From positions 81,902,001 to 81,966,000 of the forward strand of contig OZ024742.1 in NCBI GenBank assembly GCA_964016885.1: a stretch of DNA of 64,000 nucleotides, given 5' to 3'. The stretch comes from Eledone cirrhosa. Lineage: Eukaryota. The notes beneath the pieces were generated by a model that ran no database searches, had not been told where the DNA came from, and saw only the letters and a list, made by a program, of their open reading frames with translations. The position numbers were made by a program, and so were the translations under genes. Below, piece after piece: positions 25,773-44,232 of the stretch (position 1 is the stretch's first letter; the number at the start of each line of letters is the position of its first letter).

Positions 25773-26147
25773 GTGAGTGTGGTTGTGAGTGTGTGTGGAT
25801 GCCAGGGATATTTCAATTGACGATAACGATATTACTAATAAATGAGTAGCCGGAAGAAACATTAACTTTGGTAGGAGTAAAACGTCTACAGAAATTTCAA
25901 CCTCAAAACTATTCATGAATTTTCAATTAATGTAAATTTGAATCCACCTTGCCAATCCGTATGAATTTTATTTTTCATTTATTTTCCCTTTCCATAAAAC
26001 GGACATGAAATAATAAATATTTTCATCAACGCACATCGTGCAACAAATAGAATATTGCTATATTGCACCTAAATGTCTACGATATTTTTGCAGCTGGTAT
26101 ATATTGAATTAATAATAGAATAAGTTGAATATGAGCACGATGTATAA

Positions 26148-27769
26148 CACTGCTCAACTAAAAAATATTTATTTCATGGTTCTGGTATAATTTAGTATGA
26201 TTCTAGGTTAATCAAGTGTGCAGAATCTGAATATGACAACGGTTAAGCTGTAGCATATCTAGTTTTCGAGAACCAGCATATCCATGTTTATGACCCATAG
26301 CTATGTGGCTCATATTACTTCATCCAATTGTATGCATTATATTTAGTTGTTAACTAATTCATACTTACTGCTTTTGTTTCAGATCACAGAATTGTAACTA
26401 TCCTTAGCTATTCTTGGATAATTCACAACAACTTTGACTAGTGGGAGAGTTGGAACGCCGGAAATGTGTAAATGGCCCGCACCGATTTTGCTATATTTGT
26501 GGACATTTTACCCCAGAAAGCATAAAGAAACCAATCACAAAAGCAGTTCGAGTAAACTACAAATGCTACTTCAGATGTCCATTAGGAGACCAGGACAAGA
26601 AATGGGCGCCTCATATAGCGTGTAGGTCATGTGTTAATCACCTAAGTGAATGGAAGAATGGGAAACGAAGCTCTAGTTTGCTATTTGCCGTACCAATGGT
26701 GTGGCGAGAACCAAAAGACCGCAATAACGGTTGCTACTTCTGCCATTATAGGTCTTTAGACTGGTTACACAAAGCATATGTGTTGTCTATGTTTGTGGAA
26801 TAGTAGAGCAGATGCGGAGCACTACATGAAGAAGGATTGGCCAACAAGACCAAAGGATGAAACCGGTAGATTCAACTGTCTGTACAAACCTCTCGTGGAT
26901 CCAGAAAAAGTATTCCTCTCTCCATTACATCTCAAATTAGGCTTGGCCAAACACTTTATTAAAAGCATGGATCATACAGGTAATGGGTTTCAGTACTTGT
27001 GTAAGAAATTGGGTAGAGTGGTATCTGAAGCAAAGTTAAAAGCAGGGTTTTTTAATGGTCCTCAGATACGTATGCTGGTTATTGATAGTGAGTTTACGAA
27101 AACACTAAACCCTTTGGATACTAATGCATGGAAATAATTTGTAGACGTGGCACAGAACTTTCTTGGAAACCACCGTGCAGACAACTATAAAGAAATTGTT
27201 GAAACCATGATACAAAATTATCGCGCTCTCGGTTCACGAATGTCATTGAAGCTTCATTTCTTCCATTCTCATCTGGATTTCTTCCCAAGTAATCTAGGAG
27301 ACATCAGTGATGAACAAGGAGAGAGCTGTCACCAGGACACTGCCATAATGGACAGCAGGTATCAGGGTCGGTTCAATCCCAACATGATGGGCGACTACTG
27401 CTGGACACTGCAACGTGAGGAGAGCCATCAAAACAAGCGTAAAAGCAAAATATAGAAATTTTTTTAGAAATGTTTTGGAATATTTTGTTATGTTCAGAAT
27501 GTTGTTCAGAAATGTTTTGTTAATATAATAAGTGTTAATAAAATAAATAAAAATATGTTTATATATTTTTATCAATAAGTTAATATGTTTATATCTAAGT
27601 CATCATATGTTACACAATGGATAAATAATGCAATACGAGGAACATATTTTCGATCTCATATTAAGGCATTCTGGTCCGATAGCAAAAAAATGAATATAAA
27701 AACTGAATTTAGTGCTATGAAATTAGTAAGATATTCACATGTAAGAACCATTCTGGCTGTTGACCAGTG
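26148..27769 (+). mobile_element. Chapaev3-like (CMC superfamily) DNA transposon, internally deleted
   Basis: TIRs cactgctcaac / gttgaccagtg; 3-bp TAA TSD (26145-26147, 27770-27772); transposase fragments FCYICG, DQDKKWAPHIAC, PMVWREP..CYFC, PLHLKLGL, GPQIR, FLGN, SLKLHFFHSHLD, SDEQGE..HQD, MMGDYCW. Confidence 0.85.
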
Positions 27770-29394
27770 TAACAGTAAGCTGTGGTTTTACTGTATAAAC
27801 TCTGAGACGAAATGCCTTTGCGTTATAGGGACACAATACTTAGTGTGAGCCATGGATAACGGTTCCGACTTCTCCATTAAACGGGAAATCCTAGAAAAAT
27901 CTAGATCGTACACACATGTAACGAAAGAGGGAATATTAAGAAAAAGCTAATAAGGTAGCAAGTTACTAAATCCGAAAGCTGATATTTTTGACCGCTCTCC
28001 ACCCGCGTTCGATTATATGTGAAAGCAAAAATCTCCCAGAAGAAATCCCCCGTAAATGTTATATAGGTTGTTCATAAAAACGTAATCATGCCCATTGTGA
28101 AATCATAGGCCAATTATTTGCATTTTTGTAAATCATTCCAGAATAATGAACACAACATTGTGCAAAACACGGTAGATTATAACTATTAATATATAATCAA
28201 AAATTGTAATGTTGTGCGAGTATTATATTGAATACTACAGCAATTAAATATAGTAGAAGGAAAATAAAGTATGCGACAGAGTTAAAATGTTGTTATCAAA
28301 ATGCAGGATCATATGTGATATTTATACTTAGAATATAACTGTGCATTATTTAGTCTTCTAATATACAATTATGCCGTACATAATACATAAAGAGTAATAT
28401 GAAAATTTAGAGAACATGCGTCAGAAATATTTTTCTCTATTAAAAAATGCACCGAAAATTAGAGTGGCCAAGCAATAGAAATACGAAGAGAAATAGTGGA
28501 GAAGCAACATAAATTAACATTAACTATGAGGGTAAATTAACGATAAATATTCAAACATTTCGCTGGTATTAAACTATTTCACGTATTTAATATCTAAATG
28601 CTTACAGTCAAGTATGTACTAAGTTATGAATGATATTATATATGGAGGGATAAAAATACTGTCTATCCATTACGGTGAATCTGCATTCGGGCAAAAAGCT
28701 TTGAATATTTGGGCCATATGATAAAGCAATATAATGAGTTATCCTAGAAGGTAAATATGATAAGATGATTATATTACATAGTTGTTCACTTGCAAGTAAA
28801 AGATAGCTTAGATATAAACGGATAGAGAAATAATATATAATTTACATGAATAATTTATGAATATAATCCATTATAATATTTTAAAGTGAAGTTTGAAAGG
28901 GTATTCGTTGTCTTATGAAATATATATTCAAAACAGAATGGTATTATTATTATGCAATAATTTTGGAGCTTAGAATTTGGATAAAAATGTGGAGAGAAAT
29001 ATGAAAAGTTGTCACGTTGCAAGAAATCGGACACCAACATGTAATCTTTGAAGCATCTGCGTTTGATATTAGCATTATTATGACATACGCAAATGATTAC
29101 AATGTCTTCACTACATTGAGTAAAAAAAAAATGTTGTTTCTATAACAAAGGTTTATGACGAAGAATAATATTGGAACACTAATGCCTAAACATTTAATAA
29201 AATATGCCAGACAGGCTACATGGTTTCCTATTCTCTACATCGCACCTCCATAGTCAGCCTATGAACATTTCATCCAAACTTCTTATATTTTGTCTAATGC
29301 TTTCCTATTCCTCCATACAAAATGTTGTATATAATTATTACCATTGTTAGCATGGATTATATCCGTTTTCACTGTCCATATTATACATTATATA

Positions 29395-29636
<242 letters not shown>

Positions 29637-29780
29637 AAACCAAAGATTAATATGGTTCGTTGATTATTCAATGAATACAATTTTACAATAGATTAGAAGA
29701 ACTCGACTGGAATTTTCCTGGAGTATTTAATATTGTTCAAGATATTAATAAATGAAACATATTCTGATAATCAAAATATA

Positions 29781-29843
29781 TATTTTATTATACATATTTC
29801 AAAGGTGCAATGGTGTTTAAGTACGGTTTCATCAGATAAAATA
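29781..29843 (-). ncRNA. Minimal hammerhead in P1 left arm (core intact, stem II decayed)
   Basis: tattttat-CTGATGA-aaccgtac..gcaccttt-GAAA-tatgta-TA-ataaaata. Confidence 0.7.
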
Positions 29844-30822
29844 TAAGATTTGATATGCGACATACCGCTACGGTTTTGATTATTCAATTCCTATAATGGC
29901 AGTGATTTATTTCACCAACCTTCAACGTTTTTATACCACATATAATATGATAAATATAGAGAAGAAGAGGATGTAGAGTAAGGTAGAAATGTATAAGGGG
30001 AGTTAAGATGGAAGATGAAAAGAAAATGAAAACAAATGAGATATAAACAATTAAATAAATAAATAAATAAAAGAAGATAGAAAAGATGTAAGAGAAAAAA
30101 AGGGGAATAAAAACAAAAGAAAGGGAAGATTTGGGGAGAAAAACGAAAAAAGAAAAAAGAGGGGAATGAAGAAAATCGAAGAAGATGAAAAGGAAAGGAT
30201 AAAATAGAGGGGAGAATAAAAACCGTTGTATTCAAATGCTAGACAATATTAGAAATTAATATTTTTTTCATATTTATCAGTGAATATTGCTTGTATTGGA
30301 TTACACTTCAGTTAAATATAAGTTTATATTGTATCCAGATTATTAGGTATAGATTACTTTCTATAGCAATCAAATATTTAAGTTAATCACACATTTATAT
30401 GTTTAAATTTATTTTATTTAATTTAGCTCATTCTAGATTATTATAATTCTTTATTATAATATTCTATTAATATTATACTACAACTTTAAAAGTATTTATC
30501 TTTAAAGCGTAATTAAATAATTATTAAATATGTATTAACATATAATAACATGCATATATCCCCATCAAAATATATAATCTATTTTGTCCATTTATTATCT
30601 AAATTAATTTAAAATTTAGAAATTCACTTTATATGAAACTTCGTGATTTTTTTCATTTTCATTTATTTCTTAGAATCCAACTGTGGTTATATTTACTCTC
30701 AAAAAAATGTTATTTCATTTAATGAATGGTTATATTTACTTCTGTATTAATTATTCTGATATATATAGTTTTCTTTTAATGATAGTCTATGTATTATTAA
30801 ACTATTAATCATTATTTATTAA

Positions 30823-31400
30823 TCCGGTGGATTGGCAGTATCGGTAGAGAGTCGGAAGCCATGCTCTGTAGCAAAGAGTTACGGCTCTTTTTGGTCTGAG
30901 TTCAAATCCCGCCGAGGTTGACTTTGCCTTTCATCCTTACGAGGTTAATACAATAAAGTACCAGCAATGTACTGGGATAATTGCTGAAAAAAACATATAT
31001 AAAATATGTATTAATAAATAATTGTTTCTATTTTTGGCACAAGGCCAGGAATTATCCAGTAACTTACTGGTACTTTATTGTATTGACCTCGTAAGTATGA
31101 AAGGCAAAGTTAACCTCGGCGGGATTAGAACTCAGACCATAAAGTGCCGTAACTCTTTGCTGCAAAGCATGGCTTCCGACTCTCTACCGATACTGCCAAT
31201 CCACCGGATTAATAAATAATTGTTTCTACTTTAGGCACAAGGCCAACAATTACCCAGTGCATTACTGGTAATTTATTTTATCGACCCCGTAAGGATGAAA
31301 GGCAAAGTCAACCTCGGCGAGATTTGAACTCAGATCGTAAACGGACGTAACTATGCTGGAAAGTATGGCGTCCGATCCTCTACCGATACTGCCAATCCAC
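30823..31400. mobile_element. Three SINE copies: 30823-30986 (+), 31021-31207 (-), 31221-31400 (-)
   Basis: Same A/B boxes and core as 2428-2614; the middle copy has TSD attaataaataat. Confidence 0.9.
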
Positions 31401-32311
31401 AATGATTAATAGTTTAATAATACATAGACTATCATTAAAAGCAAACTATATATATCAGAATAATTAATACAGAAGTAAATATAACCATTCATTAAATGAA
31501 ATAAAATTTATAGACAGTAAACATAACAACAGTTGGATTCAAAAATTAAATGAAAATAAAAAAAATCACGAAGTTTAGATAAAAAATAAACAAAATCTAT
31601 TATATATATTGATGGGGATATATGCATGTTATTATATTTTAATACATATTTAATAATTATTTATTTAGGCTTTAAAGATAAATACTTTTAAAGTTGTAGC
31701 GTAATATTAATAGAATATCTTACCTTATAATAAAGAATTAAAATAATCTAGAATGAGCTAAATTAAATTAATTTAAACATATAAATGTGTAATTAACTTT
31801 AATATTTGATTGCTATAGAAAGTAATCTATACCTAATAATCTGGATACCATATAAACTTATAATTAACTGAAGCGTAATCCAATACAAGTGATATTCACT
31901 GATAAATATGAAAACAAAAACATTTATAATTTTGTCTAGTATTTGAGGACTGCGGTTTTGTATTCTCCCCTCTTTATTTTATCCTTTCCTTTTCCCCTTC
32001 CTCGTTTTTCTTTATTCCCCTTCTTTTTTTCTTTTTTTCGTTTTTATCCCCACATCTTCTCTTTCTTTCTTTGTATTCCCTTTTTTTCTCTTAGATCTTT
32101 TCTTTCTCCTTTTATTGATTTATTTATAAATTTATTTACTTGCTTATTTCTCGTCTTTTTCTTTTACTTTGCATCTTCCATCTCAACTCCCCTTCTATAT
32201 TTCTACCTTAATCTACGTTCTCTTCTTTTCTAAGTTTATCATGTTATTTGTGGAATAAAACGTTCTGGGTTGCTGAAAAAAATGATTGCGTATATCGGAT
32301 ATCAAATTTTA

Positions 32312-32374
32312 TATTTTATCTGATGAAAATGTACTTTAACTCCATTGTACCTTTGAATTATGTATAATAAAATA
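32312..32374 (+). ncRNA. Minimal hammerhead in P1 right arm (GAAA to GAAT)
   Basis: tattttat-CTGATGA-aaatgtac..gtaccttt-GAAT-tatgta-TA-ataaaata. Confidence 0.68.
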
Positions 32375-32417
32375 TATATTTTGATTATGAGAATATTTAT
32401 CATTTATTAATATTTTG

Positions 32418-32492
<75 letters not shown>

Positions 32493-34158
32493 GAATTCAC
32501 AAGAATGAAAGCTATGTTCAAAGCATTTATTCTCTTACAATTGTTTCATCCAAACCTAGGCTTGGAGTCTTCGGACCATTATTCAATGTTTTTACACCTA
32601 ATTGACCTCCTTTCCAACGCAAGAGACATACATATACATATGTATATATTGATGTACAGTGGAGTGACATATATCATATTATATTATTTCTGTATAGCAA
32701 TTCAAATTCAAAATCAAAATCAAAATTAAAATTAAAACAAAATTAAAACAAAATTAAAATACATTCGGCAGTTAACATATATAATGCAAGAGGATAGTTT
32801 GTTAGTTAGATGTAGTAGTTATTGTATGCGTTATTTACACGTGGGGCATGCACGTGTGTCTCATTTATATATGATTATTGTGTGGCAGCGTGTTACATGT
32901 AATACAAGCACTTTAAGCGGGTAAGTAAGAGTATTATGGAGGTTGTAGTGGTAAGGTATTTGTTTGTATATAATAAAAAAGTATGTGTGCAGAAAAATAA
33001 AAATAAAAAGGAGAAGCAAAAGAAAGTTATAGATTTCGTATGCACCACCATTTTCACATTCAGGAAATGTAATATATAGTTTATACATCCATTACATAAT
33101 TAACGATGATTCCGCATTGGATGTTTGATGCATTACATTAAATTAGTTTAGCTTATTGCGGCTCAGTGTTCTTTAATCCAAGTTTATAGAGTAGGTTGTT
33201 TCTGCTGCGAGAATTTACATCGGTTTATTATCCGGAAGTATGTGTGTAATTAAGGGGAGTTAATGCGTAAGGGGAGGTAACTAGCTGATATCCATAACTA
33301 GATTTCTTGTTCTAACATACATTATAAGGTCTCTCAATTGAGTCCCTTATATAGACGGTTTTATATTTATATTCAGTTTCCAATTTTAAATACAGTCTAC
33401 TCAATAATGATGTACTAAAGGTATTTATATTAGGATGATTACTCCCTATCATAGAGTGCTACAACTGAATATTCCATACAAAGAGCCATACCTTTATATA
33501 AAAATTATTTGCAAATGTTAAAACAATAAATTTAGTTATGGAAATCAGCTAGTTACCCCCCCCCCCCCTCCTTACGCATTAACTCCCCTTAATTACACAC
33601 ATACTTCCGGATAATAAACCGATGTAAATTCTCGCACCAGAAACAACCTACTCTATAAAATTGGATTAAAGAACACTGAGCCGCAATAAGCTAAAATAAT
33701 TTAATTTAATGCATCAAACATCCAATACGGAATCATCGTTAATTATGTGATGGATGTATAAACTATATATTACATTTTCTGAATGTAAAAATGGTGGTGG
33801 AGTCGAAAACCATAACTTTCTTTTGCTTCTCCTTTCTATTTTTATTTTTCTGCACACATACTTTTTTATTATATACAAAAAATACCTTATCACTACAACC
33901 TCCATAATACTCTTACTTACCCGCTCAAAGTGCTTGTATTGCATGTAACACCCTGCCACACAATAATCGTATATAAATGAGACACACGCGCATGCCTCAC
34001 GTGTAACTAACGCATACAATATCTACTACATCTGACTAACAAACTATCCTCTTGCATTATCTATGTTAACTGACGAATGTATTTTAATTTTGTTTTAATT
34101 TTGTTTTAATTTTAATTTTGATTTTGATGTTGAATTTGAATTGCTATACAGAAATAAT

Positions 34159-34365
34159 TGTTTCTACTTTAGGCACAAGGCCAGCAATTTTCCAGTGCAT
34201 TACTGGTACTTTATTTTATCGACCCCGTAAGGATGAAAGGCAAAGTCAACCTCGGCGGGATTTGAACTCAGATCGTAAAGGGACGTAACTATGTTGGAAT
34301 GCATGGCGTCCGACCCTCTACCGATACTGCCAATCCACCGCCCTATACCGCCAATCCACCGCCCT
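34159..34365 (-). mobile_element. SINE with 19-bp TSD and duplicated 5' end
   Basis: TSD attgctatacagaaataat at 34140-34158 and 34366-34384; tandem atactgccaatccaccgccct / ataccgccaatccaccgccct. Confidence 0.92.
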
Positions 34366-34415
34366 ATTGCTATACAGAAATAATATAATATAATATATGT
34401 CACTCCACTGTAGAT

Positions 34416-34457
<42 letters not shown>

Positions 34458-34510
34458 CTGTATGTTTCTTGCGTTGGAAAGGAGGTCAATTATGCGTACG
34501 AACATTGAAA

Positions 34511-34561
34511 AATGGTCCGAAGATTCCAAGCCTAGGTTTGGATGAAACAATTGTAAGTGGA
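34511..34561 (+). ncRNA. Hammerhead-like motif with variant core (mirror copy ~32530-32580, minus strand)
   Basis: CCGAAGA-t tccaagc ctag gtttgga t-GAAA-caattg-TA; stems II and III good, stem I not pairing. Confidence 0.45.
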
Positions 34562-34761
34562 TAAATGGTTAGAAAATAGTTTGATTCTTGTGAATTCTAT
34601 ATAACTGCTCTGTAGAACAACTGATGTTATTACATTGAGCTATTTATCTTACTGGTAATAAGGTAGTAATACATTACTGACCTTCACTGTTTAGGGTTTA
34701 AAATATATATAACTATAAAAAGTTCTAGTATATACATAACCATAAATAGCATCCTTAATAT

Positions 34762-34833
<72 letters not shown>

Positions 34834-35168
34834 GAAACACACAGATACATGCGGACACACACATATACATGAATGCAATCACATCCAACCGTGAGTTAAT
34901 GGTGCCAACCTTACCGATGTTGCTCTATGAATGACTGGGACAGACCAATCCGGTTGAATTAGACTGAACCAGTATCAGAGCTAAAAGTACATTATGAAGA
35001 GAGAAGAAACATTTAGATATAATTAGTAATAAAATGTATCATACCTAAACTGCTCCTAGATTCCTCGACTACGTAGTTTCGTGGCATAAACAAAAACAAT
35101 ACATCATAAAGATATAGAGTTTTTGCAAGGTCTGCCGACTTATCAAGAGGATACCTCGTTTTACTAGC

Positions 35169-35238
<70 letters not shown>

Positions 35239-35273
35239 TATATTTATATATATATATACATATACTTAGACCT

Positions 35274-40895
<5,622 letters not shown>

Positions 40896-41529
40896 TATAT
40901 ATATAAATTTGTATTCCTGTATGTTTCTTTGTACACGAACTACTCCTATGGATTTGGAGATAGACCCCCATAACCATATATATTCTGGAACTATATTGCC
41001 CTGCGTACTTGGGTATTTGGATAAGTATATTTCATTTTAATCAAAGGGTTCCCAGTGGTACAAACCTATGCTGAAAATTCTTCCCTTCGATTTACAGGAA
41101 ATGGAAACTATAGGTAAATGACAACTTATGATGCCTATTCACAAAATTTCAGCAAATTTCAATAATATGAAGACACCCTATCAGGGTTCCCCGGGAGCAC
41201 AAACCCCCGCTGAAAATATTTTCCGTTCGATTTCTATGAAATTTAAACCATAGGTAAATGACAAGTTATCATACCTATTCACAAAAGTTTTTAATTGATA
41301 TTTTGAAAAACATTATTTACAAGAAACAAAATAAAAAGAATTAATAATGTAATTTTGATTTGATATATTACAAAAAATAATGTTTTCCAATTTTTCATGC
41401 ATTACATTTTACATTGACTAATATTAAAATGCAGAGTTTTTCTCTATAAATTATATCACTGATTTAAAATCAATCATCATTACAAAAATAAAATGAGTTA
41501 AATGCAGCAAGTCGCGTATAATTCGGGTA

Positions 41530-41530
<1 letters not shown>
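40896..41530 (+). mobile_element. Probable non-autonomous Helitron with internal ~100 bp repeat
   Basis: Starts tatatatataaa..tttgtacacgaactactcct; internal repeats ~41045-41146 and ~41183-41286; degenerate terminus gcagcaagtcgcgt..ggtag|t. Confidence 0.45.
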
Positions 41531-41579
<49 letters not shown>

Positions 41580-41583
<4 letters not shown>

Positions 41584-42183
41584 TGGCTGCCAACTCGCTT
41601 TCGAGTACGGCCACTACTTTATATCCATGTAGGAGAACCCCTACCGATGCGCTGAACGAGTGTGACTTTTTAGTCCAGCCAGCGACTTGAAAACTCTGGT
41701 ACAAACGCTACACTTGTCACAATTATTGACACATGGTGCTGGGCCCATGGTACCATGTGACGACAAGTGCAGAGAGGTCTCCAGATATAAAGCAATGCCT
41801 GTGCCGTGAAGCTTTTATAGTGAGCAAAGGCACTGCACAAAGCCAGTCCCACTCTCTTAACCAAGATGATATTTACCAAAAAGAAGAACAAGTCAACATC
41901 ATTGGATACCATCAGGGTTGCAGGTGTTATATCAGAGTTATCCTTCTCCTAGAATTCTGCCTTGACAAAGACTAAGGGGTCATCTCTCCCGGTCATTTTG
42001 GATGGCCATTGACTCTTTAGAGCTCCTTTGCCCTTTGACAGGTTTTGTTTTTAGTCCTGCAGGATGTCCAAAGTCACCCTCCTCACCAAGAAACCTTGGT
42101 GGGGCTGCCAGTTTAGTCGCCAACGACCCGACCATGAGACAGGTTGTACTGGGATACATGTTACCAGTAGCACCAACTGGTGC
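41580..42183 (-). mobile_element. ~600 bp non-coding dispersed element (RTE 5'UTR-like), most complete copy
   Basis: Covers both 8170-8570 and 63820-64000 by reverse complement; no credible ORF. Confidence 0.75.
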
Positions 42184-42807
42184 TGTTTCTCTCTTTGTAT
42201 CTTTACCCTTTCTAGCAGTCTCTCTCTCTGTTAGCCTCTTCCTCAACTTTCACTCAGTCATACCCTGTCACTACCTCCCCTCCACTCCTCTTTCTTCTCG
42301 CTTGACCTGTCCGATTTCTTTTCTCGCGCACTCTTGGCCAAGCCGGTATGAATATTTTATTTTATTTTTTTTTTTTTTTCTCTCTCTCTCGTCTGCGTCT
42401 TCACAGAACTTGTTTACCGAATTCGCAGACCAGACCCCTTCTTCTTCTTCCCCCCGTTAGACCTGTGCGAAATTCCTTCCTTGCTCACATTTCAACCAGG
42501 TCTGATGGTCTTTATTCTCTAGTAGTTCACGATTTTATCGAGTTTATATTCATAGAAATCTGGGACTTGTCTCTTTCCTCTCACTTTCTGTTGCTTAAAC
42601 CATTTTGTTTGTTCACCCTAACGTTCTCTTTATTTACGTGTCCCAACGACTTTTTTTAGCCGTTGTTCGCACCAACCTGAGGTATATGGCCCTCAAAGCG
42701 ATGAAATGCCTGGGACGGTTGGAGGGTCACTGATGAAGGACTCCCCCCCTTTTTATTTTTTTTTATTTTTATATGTAACCCATTTGCAACGCCGCAGCTC
42801 CATTATT

Positions 42808-42859
<52 letters not shown>

Positions 42860-42872
42860 CATACATATATAT

Positions 42873-43513
42873 CTTTAATGAGTAGAAATGTCTATGATCT
42901 CCAGCACACAACTGATGATAGGGAAATTATCCCCCGTCCGTGCTTTCCTATTATTTATAAATACACTTATTTATAAATACACTTCACAGATTTTTTCATA
43001 AGTTTTTGCTGTGACATGTTTTCCCTTTCTCCCTATCGACCTTATCGCTATTAACTCTTCCCCTTTCTTTCTTTCTTTCTCTTTCTTTCTCCCTCTCCCT
43101 TTTAATCTACCTCCCCCCTGCTAGCTACCCCGCTACTTCCGCTGTTTCTCTCCCCTCTGCCTCTTCTTTATCTACTCATGCGGAGGTGAGACCTGTTTTT
43201 TTTTCCGATCCCTGTTTCACACAGCCTTGTATTTCAGTTAAGTAACTGATGTTGACAACCTTCTTTTCTCTTCCGTTGCTACTACACATGCTGATCGTGT
43301 TTCCCTCTTTGGTATGTTTTTTTTGGATCTTTTCCCTTCTGTTATATTTTCTCTCTCTCTCAACTTTGCCCAATAACTTCCATTAATTATTAACGCACTG
43401 GAGCTAGACATATTTTCTTTAATGCATAGAAATGTCCGTGATCTCCAGCAGATAACTGATGAAAAGGAAATCATGCCCCGTTCGTGCTTTCCTCTTATTT
43501 ATAAATACACTTT
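42873..43513 (+). repeat. ~95 bp direct repeats (42873-42968, 43418-43512), each following a C/T-rich tract; PLE pLTR-like
   Basis: ctttaatg..tagaaatgtc..tgatctccagca..aactgatga..ggaaat..cgtgctttcct..atttataaatacactt twice. Confidence 0.6.
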
Positions 43514-44232
43514 ATCCATCAAAATACAACCTCTGTTCCTTCACAAATGTTTGTTATATATATATATATATAATAAAAATTTATATATATACATATATAT
43601 TTTCATATTTCATGCTGCAATATAGGTTTTCGATTTGCTCTAGAAATAAGTTATCAAGAGGCAGAACTGATATTATAATTGGTTGGTACTTTTATTGAGG
43701 ACGCTGCACAACAATATACAATCGATCGTAAATGATATCTTGTTTTAGTGGTCTAGCATATCCCTCAAAATTGAAACTTTAATATTAACTGAGTGATTTC
43801 CAAAGGCATATTTATATGATATTTGTTGCCATGCAATAATTCTAGGATAATTTTCAATTCATCTAATTGCTAATTCTTTCATGGTTAACCATATAACAAA
43901 GCAGCCAGAAGCGTATTGTTGATTGGTATTTCACCACCATTACATTTTACAGCAGTATGGTAAGGTTGTTTAGTTTTGAAGCTTATGCTTTATACTTGTT
44001 CCGCTAAATTAATGAAAAAAAAGATTATTCACGAAATACTTGAGGCTTGTACATTTTGTCTAATGTTGTCACGTTTATGTGCACCGGATCTTTACTGATT
44101 TTACATAGAATAAGTAGAAGAGTTCCCATCAATATTTTCAGATATTTTACATTTGTCAAGTTATTATTTCCCCATTTCTTTTTCTATCACAATTGTTTAA
44201 CTCAGCCTCTATTTAATATTCACGGTAATAAT

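Larger units (their letters stand above)
29731..32424. repeat. Long palindrome P1: arms ~29731-30986 and ~31046-32424, ~60 bp spacer
   Basis: Continuous reverse-complement match apart from an extra SINE (31221-31400) in the right arm; hammerheads near both outer ends. Confidence 0.92.
32488..34602. repeat. Long palindrome P2: arms ~32488-33315 and ~33518-34602, ~200 bp spacer
   Basis: Reverse-complement match throughout; SINE 34159-34365 only in the right arm; mirror ORFs 32861-33088(-) and 33754-33948(+). Confidence 0.92.

Noticed and set aside
42905-43490. CTGATGA..GAAA in the direct repeats as hammerheads
   Set aside because: Only 4 nt between CTGATGA and GAAA, so no stem II, and no stem III.
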